Positions 31,744-47,161 of a stretch of 64,000 bases of DNA are shown in pieces. The translations under genes and the position numbers were made by a program. Numbering within the stretch: the first letter of the stretch is position 1; every line of letters starts with the position of its first letter. The DNA is from the human T2T-CHM13v2.0 reference genome, Homo sapiens: the NCBI RefSeq assembly GCF_009914755.1, contig NC_060934.1. One strand, 5' to 3'. Under the pieces are notes generated by a model that did no database searches, had not been told where the DNA came from, and saw nothing but the letters and a program-made list of their open reading frames with translations.

Positions 31744-34700
31744 CTGGAGATCAGGGAACAGCAGCAGGCCATGGAAAACGGAGCAGGAAGAGAAAGGGAG
31801 AAAGATGGGGATATCAGTGTGAGGCCCTCTGGTGTTCCTGGGGTCCCCTGCCTCATCATGTGGCCGAGCAATGGCCTTCGATGGCTGTGTTCCTCTGACC
31901 CCCAGGAACCCCAATAAGAGGCCAGTATTCTTACGTCTTCATCACAGAGCTCAAGACTGGCCTTAGGAGTAGCAGGGGCCCGTGGCTTTGAGAGGGTGGG
32001 GCACCCCCACTCCGTTCCCAGTCCAGCCCCAGCCCCACCACCAGGACAGATGTCCGAGGTGCCCATGCTGCGTAGGAACAGAGCTTCTCATGCCTATGCC
32101 CTGGGTGTCTCAGAAACTGCCTGAGAAACGGTGCACTGTCTGTCTCCTGCCAAGGCCCCTTCCTTGTCAGTCCCCACTCCTGACCTCTGCCCACCATGTG
32201 AGTGAGGTGGGAGGAAGACCCCCTCACCCAGTCTGCAAAGGGATGCTTTTTGCTCAAGGTCTGACATCTCTGCAGAGCTCAGCTCATACACGGAGTGAGG
32301 GAGGAGGCCATGCCTGTGATGAGGCTTGCCCAGTTATCACGATTCAGCTTCAAACCCTCAGAGGCAGAGGACCCAGAAAGGGTCCTACGAGGTCACCTGG
32401 TCCAGCCCCCCCTTTGTGCCGGAGAAAGCCCAGAGACAGATGACCTGACCCAGGTCCTCCCGTCACACAACCCAGGTCTCCCGATGCCCAGCACAGACCA
32501 CTTTTCTTGCTACAACACACTCTCTGAGGCCTAAGGCACAAGGGAGACCTTCTCACCCTGCTCCAGCTGCAGGGGCCTCTCAGGCCCGTGGACCGCAGAG
32601 TGGCCAGAGGCAGAGAGCCTCCCACCTGACCCAGCTCCCTGGCAAGAACACTCAACTTATCTGGCTTCCTCCCTTTCCCCTACGGGGCAGAGACAGTTGC
32701 TAAAAAACACCTAACAGTCCCAGGGCACTCCTGGTGGAAACTCTGCCAGGCAGGCAAGGAGGGGGCTTCCCAGGCCTGCAGGCTGGCAGTGACAAGGACC
32801 AGCTGCCCACTTCCTCTGCGTGGGGCTCCAGGAGGGGCTCTGGGAGCTGGGGGGAGAGGGGCATGAGAAGCTACGCGCAGCTGCCCCCTTCATCCTGAGT
32901 TCTGCCATAGCCCAAAGGAGCAGAGATGTGTAGGGGTGAGCAGAGCTGTCAGGTCTGGGGGAAAAGGGCGGTGGGGCCATGGCACCAAACGGCACCCACA
33001 TGCGTGCAGCAGTGGGCACACAGAAGGGTGCCTAAAGGGCTTTGAAATCCAAGGCCTTCAGGCTTCTGAAGCCTCCCCTGGAAGCTGGCAAGCGTCAGAG
33101 CAGGCAGGGTGAGGCCTCCTGGACAAAGGCCGAAGGGGCCAGACCCGAGCAAGCAGTTGGCATCACCACCGAGAAAGATGCGGTGTGCACAGGCATAGAC
33201 CTGAGTGCATGCTTCTGCATGTGTGTGTGCATTTATGCAGACCCAGGTGCACCCATGCACACTCACAGGTCTGTATTATGTAGCATGTGTGTGCAGGCAT
33301 GTTTGTGTGTATGCACATCCTCATTTATGCACAGGTGGACATATGCACACACATGTGTAGTGACAGAAGGAAAACAAGGACACTAACAAGGACATTGTTC
33401 ACCCAGTGCCAGATGGTTTTTATCCAGAAACGAGGTAACAAAACCCACTCTGTGAGCAGCCTCCAGTTTCACACTCGAGGCTCTCCCTCAGGCTGGCCTT
33501 CCTGCCTCTTCCGCAGTGAGAGAAGGAGGCAGCAGGAGTCGGGAAGGATGGGGAGGGCGGGAGGACCGCAGACTGCTCCCGTGAGAGCCCACGGCGGCTC
33601 TCTCCCTCTCTCTCCTTCTTCCTCTTGCTTTCACGTGCCTCCCCGTGTGTTCCTGTGTCCCTCTCTCCTCTGTCTCTCATTGAGCCTCTTCCTCATCCCT
33701 CTGCTCGGCCCACACCTGGCCCACACGTACCTGTCCTAGCAGCCAAGAGTCCCGCAGCCCCTGGGCCCAGGAGCAGACAGAGGAAGGCTGCAGGGGTGCT
33801 TCCTGGGAGCCTGTGGGGCACCTGGCCCAGCACTCACCCCATCCCTCAGGCTTGACCTGAGCGCTCCTGAGCCCCCAGGCAAGCCTCTGGGGAGGCTGCA
33901 GGCACCACTTCCCTCGTTTGCTAAAACCAACGAAGCCTTCTCCAGGAGCTCCTCAGGGTTCAGGGGTCCTCTGCTGGGGGTCCACCCCACAGGAGATGGA
34001 GGGAGGCCAAGAGAGGTGCAGCTGCTGAGGCCATGATGACAAGGGTTGGGGCAAAAGTGGCAACTGGTCTCCATCAGCTGGGGTCTTCCCGTCTGTACCC
34101 ATCATCCCCTGGGGCAGGGGTGGGGACAAGGCTGTGCAGGTGATGGGAAATGGCTGGGTTCTGGGAGGGAGGTATGAGCCCTCAACCATACCTGCCCTCA
34201 ACCAACAAGATCTGTGTGCCCATAACCCACCTGCCCCAGAGTGGAAGTAGGGAAGGTGCCTCCAGCCCCTGGGTGTCATCTGAGGCCCCTGGCACCGGCT
34301 CACTCCCACCTTCTGGCCCAACCCTGCTGCCTTAACCTCCAACCAGGCCGTGAGTGGAATTTTTGGGACTCAGTACACAGTGGATTCTCAAAGGTCAAGA
34401 CCAAGAATTTATGATTAGAAATTTGGGGGAAAGTGGGGATGGCGTGGGAGTTCTAAGAAAGGGGCTTTCCCCAGCTGCTCCACCATCCCCCACTCCCTTC
34501 CTGACTCAGCTGGCAGGGAGGGAGCCCCTTCTGTGCAAAGCACTGCCCCCGGTTCCAGCCTCGACTTTTTGCCTCTGCTGTGGCCAGGCTGGGCAGGCAG
34601 GATGGAGGGGCCCCAGTGGATCTGGATTCCAGGACCCTCACTCCCAGGAAAGCAAAGGCAGCCAGCCAGAGAGGGACGAGGAGAGCAGGGCCCTGGGGTC

Positions 34701-35409
34701 CTGCAGATCCCCAGGCTTCCCCCGACCAGTGCACCTTGGGCAAGCACCCGACCTCGAGGGGCTCAGTGCCTATCTCCCAGGACTACTCAGAGATTAAAGC
34801 AGATGGCACCTGCGGGGTGCCTGGGGTCCAGGAAGCACTTAACAAATCAAAGCTGCTATGATGGAGAAGAGACCCCCGGACTGCAAGTGCGGAAAATGAG
34901 GGACAGAGATGCCACATGAGGAACCCCAAAAAAGTGGAGAGGGAGAGGCCACCATGGGGACAGCAGAGACCAGAAGGGATACGAGGAGAGTCCCCTAGGA
35001 GGTCTTGTGGGGAGGAATGACGAGGAAGTCCTCTGGGCAGCTGGGGAGTGGCCACTCTGAGGGTAAAACTCAAGGACACACTGAGGGGTCCCTGAGGCCA
35101 GGTGTGGGCTGGCGCCACCTTTAAGCTGAAAAAAAGGTGTTTGTTGGCAAGTGCAAATAATGCCTTTCAGTGCAGTGTTGGGTGTCTATTTATGGCACCC
35201 CAGTGGGCTCATTAGCAGTTGTGAGAAATAGTCTGATCAGGGCACCTGGGGCTTCTCAGGAAACAGAGGCCCCGTTCTACACCTGAGAGTGGTGGCAGGT
35301 GGCTCTGCTGCCGACCTCACCTGGAAAATGGGGATTTGGAAGAGCTCGTGGCTTGTATTGCATGGTGCTTATATATGCTTATCTATCTACCTATCTATAT
35401 GAGTAAAGC

Positions 35410-36258
<849 letters not shown>

Positions 36259-37066
36259 TTCCCCAAGGAGCTTTTTAAACCTTCCAGCACGCACATGCTA
36301 CCTGAGACCCCTGAAATCCCATGGGTGGTACCCAGCTCGGGCCACGCTTCTGTGCTGGCTCTAGGCAGGCAGCTTAGAGACCACTGGGCCAGCCATCAGG
36401 CCTCAGGTCCCTCCCGCTCTGTGCTTATGTCTAATATTTTGCTTATGTTCTTGGGTGTCTTCACCCCAAACACGGGGCCTCTGGGATGAAAAAGAACAGC
36501 CATTCTTCCTCCCTCCGAGGGTGCCTCACACAAAGCGATACAAGGTGTGCTGAGGAGCAGGCCGGCCCTGGGAGAACCCAGGCTCCTGCTTCCAATTCCA
36601 GGCCCGTTCCTGGAGCACGCTTACCGTGCCACCCTCACCAACCCAAAGACTGTCCTGCCCCTTCCCCTCCCGAATCCCTCTCGCTTGCCCTCCCTGCCCT
36701 ACACCCACCGGCCAGGACCACCCCAACCCGAAAAACTGCAGCGCCTCCTGAGGGTCTCCCTCCTCCCACTGTCTTCCACACGGCTGCGGCCACCCGGATC
36801 CTTCCAAAACACAATTCTGACCCGGTCTCTCTCTCTTTGAAACTGAATATACAGTTTGATCTCATTTTGGGGAAAAAGAAAGTGAGTAGGTGAAAAGGAT
36901 TTATACCAAAATGGTAACAGTCATTTCCACTGCTGGGTAGGAATACAGAGAATTCTGACATCTTTCTGCTTTTCTCCAACTTTCCCCAAAATTTCTGCAA
37001 TGAACATATATTACTTTGTAATAAAGAGAAAAAACATAATCATAATCATAATAAATATAAATAATA

Positions 37067-37570
<504 letters not shown>

Positions 37571-37809
37571 TCAGCCCCAGAATTTCTACTCATCTCCCAA
37601 AACCCAGCTCAGCCATCATCTTCCCGAGCCCCACTCCTTATCCTTCAGGCCAGCTGTGCCTCACAGAAGTCTACCATTGTTCCAGTGACACCAGGCAATG
37701 TCGCCTCTGCCTCACTCCGCCCTAGTTAAATAGCCAGTTCCTTGAGAGCAGAGACCATGTAAATTTCTTCTCTCTATGCCCAACATCTAGTACCTAGTAA
37801 TACACACTC

Positions 37810-38060
37810 CTAACAATAGCTGACATCTTTATAGCAATTACCACGTGGCAAGCATTATGCTAAACACTTCACATTCATTGGCTTGTTTCCTCTTCACAAC
37901 AGCTCTAAGAAACATTACTATTATTATCTCCATGTCTCAGATGATAAAATTGAGGCTCAGAGAGGTTAAGTGACTTAGGCAGGGTCACACAGCAATTGCA
38001 CAGGAGAAGAGTGCTGCACCCAGAACTGTGATTCCAGAATCCGTGCCCCTAACCAGCACT
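37810..38060 (-). mobile_element. MIR
   Basis: CAGATGATAAAATTGAGGCTCAGAGAGGTTAAGTGACTT...GGTCACACAGC. Confidence 0.8.
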
Positions 38061-41000
38061 CCATAAATGTTAGCTGATGAAAAAAGTCCTAGGCCAGGGG
38101 TGGGTCCCAGGAGGCCCAATCCCAGCCCACAGGTGGTTTCTCCTACCACACCAACTCTGCTTCAAGTCCTAGGCAGGGAGTTTTGCAGCCAGGAGAGGAG
38201 GGTCTGGTGGTGGAAGGGGAAGACACCTGGGGGCCCCCGTTCTCCAGGCATTTTTCAGAAACCCCTTCACATGACCCCTGGTTCAGCTGGTTTGGAGCTA
38301 ACCCATCTTCAGCTTTGATCTCTGCAGCTCAGCTCAGTTGCCATGGAGACGGTGCCCACTGAGCCAAGCTGGGGGAGACAGCAGTGAGTGCGCAGGCCTA
38401 GTCAGGCTTAGGGGGCACATGCTGGGTGTTTCCAAGTGCTGTTTACTTCCTGTCATTTTAATTAGCACCCAAATCACCCGCTCACTTCACAGCTTGAATT
38501 AACCCAATCTCTCCCAGCTTCTCCATCTGGTATGAAGCTTGGGACCTAGCAGCGAATCAGCAAAGAAGAGCAGCCCTCCAGACCCTGGCTTATGGGGTCA
38601 AGATCCACCTGCTTCTTTGCAGCACAGTGTGACAGAGAGACCTCACCCCCTACACCCCTCACCACCAAGGACTCAGGGGCCTGGGCTCCTGCTTGGCCTT
38701 GCCACTGACTGCCAGCAAGTGAGTCGCTTCCCTTGCTGGACTGGCTTCCTTGGCTGTAAAATAAGGATGACCCCCTTGCCTTCCCCTCTGAGCTGCAGAA
38801 GAACCCAGGCAATCATGTCTGCAAGGGGACTTTGTGAACTGAAGCTCCATACTTTCAAAAGACACAAGACAGGACACCTGAACCCCGGGTTCTCTGGCAC
38901 ACACCCGGGGAGCCTAGGGACAGGACTGGGCAGAGGTTCTGTAGGGTCTCAGTGTTACAAGGGGTCTCAATATGGACATCTGACATTGTCTCCACTTGAG
39001 GACACACAGCCAGAGGCACAGCGACAGGACGGAAAGAAGACAGTCATCATAAGACTGAATACACCACAATTTCCCTAACCCTGTTACGGCATTTCTTCAT
39101 TTTTTAATAGATCAAGAATCTCTAAAAATGGAAGTGGGCCAGGCCTGGCTCAGCCTCTGAGAGGCCCTGTATCTGCCATTATTTTGGCCTCATTCCTCAG
39201 GCAACGGGGCCTGTGATGGAGGCCAGTCCACTGAAGAAGGCCCAGGACTGGAGAGAAGCTTGCCTCTGTGGCCTCCTCCTGCCCTCCCTGGAAATAGCCA
39301 CAGGGCACAGACAGAAGGACTCAGAAAAGAGCAAGGTGGGGCCCAGTGGGGACACCTGGGATCCTCCTCCGCTGAGGATTAACACCCCATCACACACCTG
39401 GGAGAGGGCACCTGGGGAGGCAGTGTCCCTGTGAGGGGGTGGGGGTGGCTGGGAAGTGGGGGGCAGAGGGGCCAGTCATTAAATACTTGAGCCTCTCTTG
39501 GAGGGGGCGGCAGAGGCTGTGATAGGCCTGGATAAACAGAAGGAGACAGGCATCTAGAAGACTCTGGCCTCCCACCTCCTCTGCCCTCAGAGGAATTTCC
39601 TTGGAGGACAAAAATGTGCATATCATCACTCCCTGCATGCCAGGAGCCGGGCTGGGCCTGGGCTCAGGTATGCCTGCGCCAACACCCACCTGCTGCCCGG
39701 GCCCTGACCTCCCTGCTGGTCCAGTGGCATCTTGGTGGCTGCCCTAGTCCTTGGTCCCTGCTCCGGGCGGTGGCCCCAATAGTCCATAAAGGGCAGAGAA
39801 CAGCGGGAGGTGTGAGGGGCCCGGGGCTATGTTCTGAGCTGCCTCAGGACCCTGGCTTCCCTCCTGGAACATGGGGGTGGGGGTCAGAATTCAAGCCCAG
39901 GGAGGTCTGAGGAAGACCCCAGGGCTGGAGCTGAGCCACAGGCCGTGGTGCAGGGGAAGAGCCCCAGGCCACAAGAGGAGTGGGGTTGCAGGTGCCTGCC
40001 CTTTCTCTGGCCCTGTTTCTTCACCTGTGAAATGTGGGGCTCAGTGCTTCTGAGTCTCCAGGATTCTGCTCCCCCAGTTCTTCCAAACTGAGAACTTGGA
40101 GATGAGCGGAATAGGAGCCCGAACGATTTCAGAGACTTCGCGTCCTCTGCCCTGTGCCAGGGGACAAGGGGTCAGGGAAGGAGCGAGCTGTTTGCATCCA
40201 GGCAGAGGTAAGACACCAGCTGGGCCTGGCTTGTCCTTCTATACAGGGCAGCCTTGACCGACTGGCAGGTGTTGGGGAAGACAGCAGGAGGGGGCTGGAC
40301 GCCCCACCCTACAGAATCTGTTCTCTACCCGAGGGAGCCCTGTCTCCACCATCCACATGTCTGACAGGTGGCTGGCCCACTCTGTGGGCATAATATGGTG
40401 TGGGAGTGGGGAAGAGGCTCAGAGCACCCTCTCCACAGGATAAAGTGGGAGACTGGCTGTAGCCAGGGATAGGCACGGAGGGCTGAAGGACAGGGAGACG
40501 CGGGGACAGTCGTCCTTCACTTTATCATTCACTCCTTTATCCCACAAATGAATCACTGAAATTCAGGGAGCTGGGCTTGTTGCTGTGTTTGTCCCAACCT
40601 TTTGGGGTTCCGGAAGAGGAAGAGATCTCCCCAAATCACCCACACAATCAGACCAGCGCCCCAGCCCCTCTTTACTTGAACCCACAGCAGGGCTACTTGG
40701 AGAGGGGAGGGAGGGGTGCAGAGAACGGGCTGGATGAGATCCTGTCTGGCTCTAACATGCCACAGTGCACACGTTTACATTGAGCACCTACTGTGTGCCA
40801 AACACCCCATGCAATGCTCTGGGGATGGGGTGGTAAGGTACACAAGGCTGACTGTTCCCAGACCCACTCCTCAGGGGATCACGATGGGAGGAATGTGACA
40901 AACACACATTACAAATACCAGCAGAAGGACTCTGAAGATACAGCCCGCAGTGTAAGTGATGCTATGAGGCAGCATCCAACCTGTGCCAAATGAGTTATGG

Positions 41001-41244
41001 CCAATAAATGCTGCAGGAACCCCAAGGAAGGAGCCACACCTGCAACTGGATGCTGGCCAAGCCCTTGGGCGGTCAGAGGCTGGCACACTTCAAGAGCCAC
41101 AGCCGGGCCAGGTCTGCACACTGAGGCTGGGCACAGTGGTATCTAAACTGTGTATGCAGGCATAGGCCTGGGCATACATTTTTCCCATCCACGGCTCTTA
41201 GAAGACCCACATTGCTCCTGCAAGGAGACGCGCAGAGACGGGGT

Positions 41245-41915
<671 letters not shown>

Positions 41916-43499
41916 TGATACGTGTGTCCTCAGCCTGGTGCTTGCCCCAAGATGCCATTAGGCCCCATTTCTCAGGTTTCTTGGTCTCCAGCTAATATAC
42001 ACCCTCCCCTAATCTGGTCACAGGTACTTTCTCTGGAGAAAAAAGAGAATCTCTTCCTTAAACCCAAAGACCTGCTGCCCAGCCTGTGGCGGTGGTGTGG
42101 TAGGATAAGCAGGGTATACATGTGGGTGGCCAGGCCATTGCCAGGCTCTTCCTGGAGTGACAGCATGCTAAAGCCTCTGCAGATGATTTGGTTTCACCTC
42201 CCCACTAAACCACCAGGAAAATCAAGGCCCAGAAAGGTGAAGTGGCTGCTGCAAGGTCACACAGCTAGTTCTGTCCCCTCACTGGGAAGATGAGCAGAGC
42301 GCTCTCTCTGGCCCTTGGGGCTTAGGGTAGGACAGAGCTCTTCTGTGCTCCAGGTAGCCTTCTGACCTTTTTGAGAAGGGGACGGGAGGGTGCTGGCTTC
42401 CCATCCTCTCAGGCTGCTGCTAGACTGGAGTAGCATATGACAGCCTCTCCAGGCAAAGAGGGCTCTTCTCTCCCTCTCTTCCCAGGCTTGGAGTCTCGCT
42501 GGGTGTTCAAGAGCCCATCACTCTGCTGACACTGCTCCAGCTCCAGTTAGAAGGTGGGGTGGAGGGGAGGTCAGGGAAAGGCCCACCCTCCCATTCTCAA
42601 ACCCCAATTGTTGTTGTTGTTGTTATATGTTTTGTTTTGTTTTTAGTCACTTTATCTGGCAAAGGACCCAAACCCCAATTATGAAATCCATCCTGACCCA
42701 CTTTTGGGTTCTTCTCACACACCCACACTTACCCACAGACGTCGGCGCAGCGCATCCCCACACTCGCAGTGGTTTAGGTGTGTGGGGTGGGAAGCAGGGA
42801 GGGGTGGTCAGGAGGGAGCCCCTTTGTGGCTACTTGCTACTTGCCTTCTTGGTGTTCCTAAACACACGATATTGTTAGCCGGCAGGTAACAATATCCCTG
42901 GACCAGACCCCAGGATCATGGTGAAGTCCCTGGCATACAGGAAGGGCTCAGATCTGCAGTGAATGAGTGACAGTGAGCGTGCAGTAACGTCTTTCTCACA
43001 GGGACAGGCATGGTGTGGGCCAGCCCTAGAAATGAGGACCCATCTGGTGGTTTTTCCGTGGGGGAGGAGCGTAGTACCTGCCCTGGAAGCCCTCCAGCCC
43101 CCTGGCAAGGTGCCTTCACACCTATGCGTCCCTTTCAGTTTCCTAGTCTGAAACCAAAGCTCAGAGGGTTTAGGTGATGTGCCCGGCATCCTGGGGCCAG
43201 TCAGCGGCAGAGCCCGAACTGGCACCCAGGCCAGAGCTGTCCCAGCACACTGCACCCCGGCCCCTCCTGGGTGGAGAGCTGCCTCTGGAGTGTTGCTAGG
43301 CCTGGGTGGGGAGTAGGCTATAGGCAGGCTGCTGGAGACACTGAGGGCTTTGGCCCACCTTCCTAGGAGGTGACACTCCTACTCAGGGCATCCTTGAAGA
43401 CTCAGAGGACACAAGCCAGAGTATACTTTGCTCTTCAGGGTAGACCCCTCCTTCTCACTTTCGCTAAGGGTGAGGCCTAGAATTCCCTGAAAAGCAAAA

Positions 43500-43720
43500 T
43501 TAAGTGAGATGACTTGGATTCAAATCTCAGCTCTGCTACTTACTAGCTATTTGACCTTTGGGTAAATTACTTCTCTGTGCCTCAGTTTCTACAACCATAA
43601 AATGGTAGGCTGTAAAGTAACAATAACTATCTCCCAGATCCTTGAGAGGCACAAGAGACCACTCAAATTAAAGTGCTTTAATTTGATTTAATTTAATGGC
43701 AGATGTGAGTGCTCACTGCA
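43500..43720 (+). mobile_element. MIR
   Basis: GGATTCAAATCTCAGCTCTGCTACTTACTAGCT...GACCTTTGGGTAAATTAC...CCTCAGTTTC. Confidence 0.8.
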
Positions 43721-44699
43721 TCAGGGATTCAACTTATATGAACTGTGCGCCTCCTGGGTGCCAAGCACTGTGTTAGACACTCATAAATATAATGAAAACT
43801 TCATAGAAGTGGAGTACAAAGTAGAGAAGAGCCAAGAAGAAAGAGAACAGTCAGCTCTTCGTAGCCAAGCTCTGTGGAGCCTGCCCTGAAGAATGCTGTA
43901 TAATGGACCTGTCTCCTCCAAGTGTCCATCCCTCTAGGCCCTAGATGCTTTGTTCCAAAGACCTGCATTAAATTCCACCCAGTTGTGCAGGGAGTGAATT
44001 GGGAGGTAGGAGCATCGAAGAGCAGGGCTTGGAAAAGCCCAGGACTGCCCAGGGCAGGGTACAGCTAGATCTGTAGGCCAGGGAGCCAGGCGGAGTCCAC
44101 AATCTCCCCCGTCTTCTGCCAGAATCCCCTCCTCCCTGGCAGCCGGGCACCCAGCATTAGAAGAGATCGACCCAGGCACAGGCTGTAAGAGCCCTCAGCC
44201 CACTGGAGGGGAGGATTACTCAACTGGTAAATCCTGCCTTCCCTATAATCCTAGTGCTCAGAGAAAGATGCTAAGCTGCGCTCCCTCTCAACCAGCTCTG
44301 GCCAATTCCAAAGTGGAGCAACTCCCCAAGTTTTCATGCTCTTCTTCATTCTCCTGACCCTTTCAACCTGATTCCCTCAAGTTCCCCCTTCAGTTCTGTC
44401 CACACCATGTGAATGAGGCATTTCCCTCCCAATCCTGTTCCCCAAGAGTATCCCACTCGTCCTGCTTGCCTCCACCCTACTAGGACAAATAGGGGGGCCC
44501 TGTACCATTTTGGGGTTATGAACAAGGTCCCAGTTCAACCTTGTAACCCCTTAAGGGGTTCAAACGAAATTCCCCTCTCTCCTTTGAGGAACCAAGGAGC
44601 ATATTTTCCAAAGAGCTGGCCTAATGGAAATATAAAGCCCGTTGCTACTGGGCCCAGTTAGAGTGCCTTCAGCCCTTAGGCAGGAAGTAGGGCTTCTTC

Positions 44700-44823
44700 T
44701 GGCAGAAGAGGGATATGTTTGTAGTGCTGGTGGGGACCCTGTGTACTGTCTGGGCACTGCACAACTTCAGGGGGCACCATTTCTATTGTGGCACCCCTAG
44801 AGTTATGCAATGCAGTGGCTCTG
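44700..44823. mobile_element. MER91-like palindromic hAT MITE
   Basis: GCACAACTTCAGGGG...CACCCCTAGAGTTATGCAATGCAGTGGCTCTG imperfect inverted arms. Confidence 0.5.
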
Positions 44824-45780
44824 AGCTAGCAGCCTCCTTCCTGCCTTTCTGCAGAGGCTGTCAACAGATCCCCAGGGCCAGGCCCTCTTGCCCAGCCTTC
44901 TTTGTCCTACTTCTCTCCCTGACCCTGTCCTCCTGCAGCCAGGACTACCTTAAATGGGGTTTTAGAGGACATCTGTCCTACAAAAGCCTGAGGCTACCAA
45001 AATCAACACACACCTAAAGCTTTCCCATGAATCTTACATGTGCAAGTCCTGAAGACTTTCAAATCTAGTGCCTTTCTTCTGATGAGCATGAGAGGAAGGG
45101 GGAAGTGGTTGGCACCAATACAGAGAGACAGGTGGGTAGCCCAGTGCCATGGGGTCAAGCAGTAAGTCATTTATTCTCACCCACGGAGCTGGCTATTGGA
45201 AGCAGGTGGAAGAAGGGAGGTGGGGAGGAATCTTTTATTTTAAACCTTTCCTGTTCTGATTAAGCATTTCTTTTCCCTCTGACCTTCACTGGTCCCATTT
45301 TGGCAGATCAAACAGCCAGCGAGTCGGAGGGAGGCCTAGGCCAGTGACACATGGATTCCGGATGGGCCGGCCTGCTGCCGCCCCCTCGCTGCTGTGGCCG
45401 GGCTGCTGCCCAGGAAGCGGCAGGAGACTGCGGCTCATCTGCGCTGGGCCTGCAGGTGCTTCGGGAAGGCCTCGCGGGGCTCCAGGCTCCTGCGGCTGGA
45501 CAGGTCGCATGTGGGGCGAAGGCGGAGATCAGCAGCCCATCGCGGGGCCCGGCCACTCAGCCTGGAGACCTGGCTGCCCGTGGTTCCTGCTGTCCTCTGT
45601 GAATTACAACCTGCCAGTTTGACTTTGGGGAGAAACAGTCACTTGTCTGACGGTAACAAAAAGATCCAAATCTCTGCCTCTTCCCATCACTTGGCTGGAT
45701 AGCCTATGAAGCATGTGTGTTTTAAACAAATTTCCAAGGAACTTGTGGATGCACGCAGTTTAAGGAGAAAACGGGAGAGG

Positions 45781-45825
45781 TCATGGTGTGGCCTGCGTTG
45801 TACTGGGTGGGTCGGACGAGGGAAC
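45781..45825 (-). CDS. SPOCK2: SPOCK2 alternative terminal exon in intron 1 (VPSSDPPSTTQATP-stop), giving a 77-aa short isoform
   Basis: Strong acceptor CCTTACTCCTCCTTCCCCAG|GTT in phase 0 with exon 1; TGA at 45781; AATAAA at 45234-45239 and 45170-45175; agrees with my recollection of a 77-aa annotated isoform. Confidence 0.72.
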   Translation of the reverse strand, partial: VPSSDPPSTTQATP

Positions 45826-46972
45826 CTGGGGAAGGAGGAGTAAGGGCCAGGGTCCTAGAAGAGGTTTTCTGGGGTCAGGGCCGCGGTGAGCACCAGGTCG
45901 CCAGGAGCAGCCGGCGTCGCCTCTGGCGCATCCGGGCCCATCCCCCACAGCACCCCCAACGATCTCGGGGTCCAGCCACACCCTCCGCCCGCCCTGCCTC
46001 ACCCCTGCTTCCCCAGCCCCCAACCCGGCCCGGCCGAGAGGAAGGAGCCAGCCCCGCCGGGCCGCCGCCTGCGACTTCCCCTCTGATCCACAGGTGCCGG
46101 TAAACAAAAGTGCCGCAGCTACCCCCCCGCCCCCACCCCGCGGAGTTCGGCCCAAGGTTACGCCGGGGTTCGGGCGGCGCCCGCCGGGGGCCCCCAAACC
46201 CAGCTTCTGGACTCTCCCCGGCTTCTCAAGCCCACCGGGCCGGGAGCCTTCCTCTGGCTCCGAGCTGCTCCCCTCGCTCCAGGCTGGATTCCCCCCTGAA
46301 ATGTTGGTCCGGGAAAACCAGCCTGGGTCCTCGCGCGCCCTTCTGCACGGGGACCCCAGCCCACCCCCGTACGGACACGCCTTCCACCATCTCGCCTAGA
46401 AGGCTGCTGGGACCCCAGACCCAGAGCCCCGGTCACACTCCCGTCCCATGCTGTCCCCCTCCCGCAAAGCCCACGGTGGGAACAGAGGGCACCGCGCGAG
46501 CCGATGCCACCCTCACTGCCGGCCCCACCCAGACCTGCCGGTGCTGCAGTGCCCCGTATGTGCAGCCTGCAGCATCCCAGCGGCTGGGGCAGGCCCGGGG
46601 GCGGCTCGCACAACGCAGCTGGGGACCGGGTCGGGGTCCAGCGGCAGCCGGGGTCCGGGTCCCCCCGGCCCCGCACCCCTTCCCACTCCCGGCCCGCAGG
46701 GGAGACCCCGGAGCGCGCGACCCCGGAGCGTCGGGCAGGTGTGGAGCTGGGGGTCCCGGGGCTGGGGGGTCCCAGGGCCGCCGGCCCGGGCCGCAGGGAC
46801 AGGGGAGGGGCGCTGGGCTGTGACCCCCAGTACTGTTTACTTTCCGTGTAATTAGCCGGCCAGGCTGCGGAGCCTCGGGCTGCGACGTGCGGCGGCCGCT
46901 CCCGCAGACCCCGGAGCTCAATCCCCGAACCCGCAACCCCGGGTCTCTGCCTTGGCAGCCCTGCGGACTCAC

Positions 46973-47161
46973 GTCTCGGAAGCGGTTCCAGTGCTTGATC
47001 TTGCCGCTGTACTGCGAGATGGACGACAGCCATTGCTCGTCCTCCATGAAATTGCCGGGGGTCTCGCCCTCCTTGAGCCCCTTGGCGTCGCCTTCGGCCA
47101 GGGCTGCCGCGGCCAGGAGCAGCAGCGGCAGCACCAGCCGCCCGCAGCCCGGGGCGCGCAT
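46973..47161 (-). CDS. SPOCK2: SPOCK2 (testican-2) coding exon 1: signal peptide plus N-terminal testican-unique region, MRAPGCGRLV...HWNRFRD (63 aa)
   Basis: ATG at 47161 in ACCACGATGC context; hydrophobic LVLPLLLLAAAALA signal; donor GAC|GTGAGT at 46972; 189 nt, phase 0. Confidence 0.98.
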
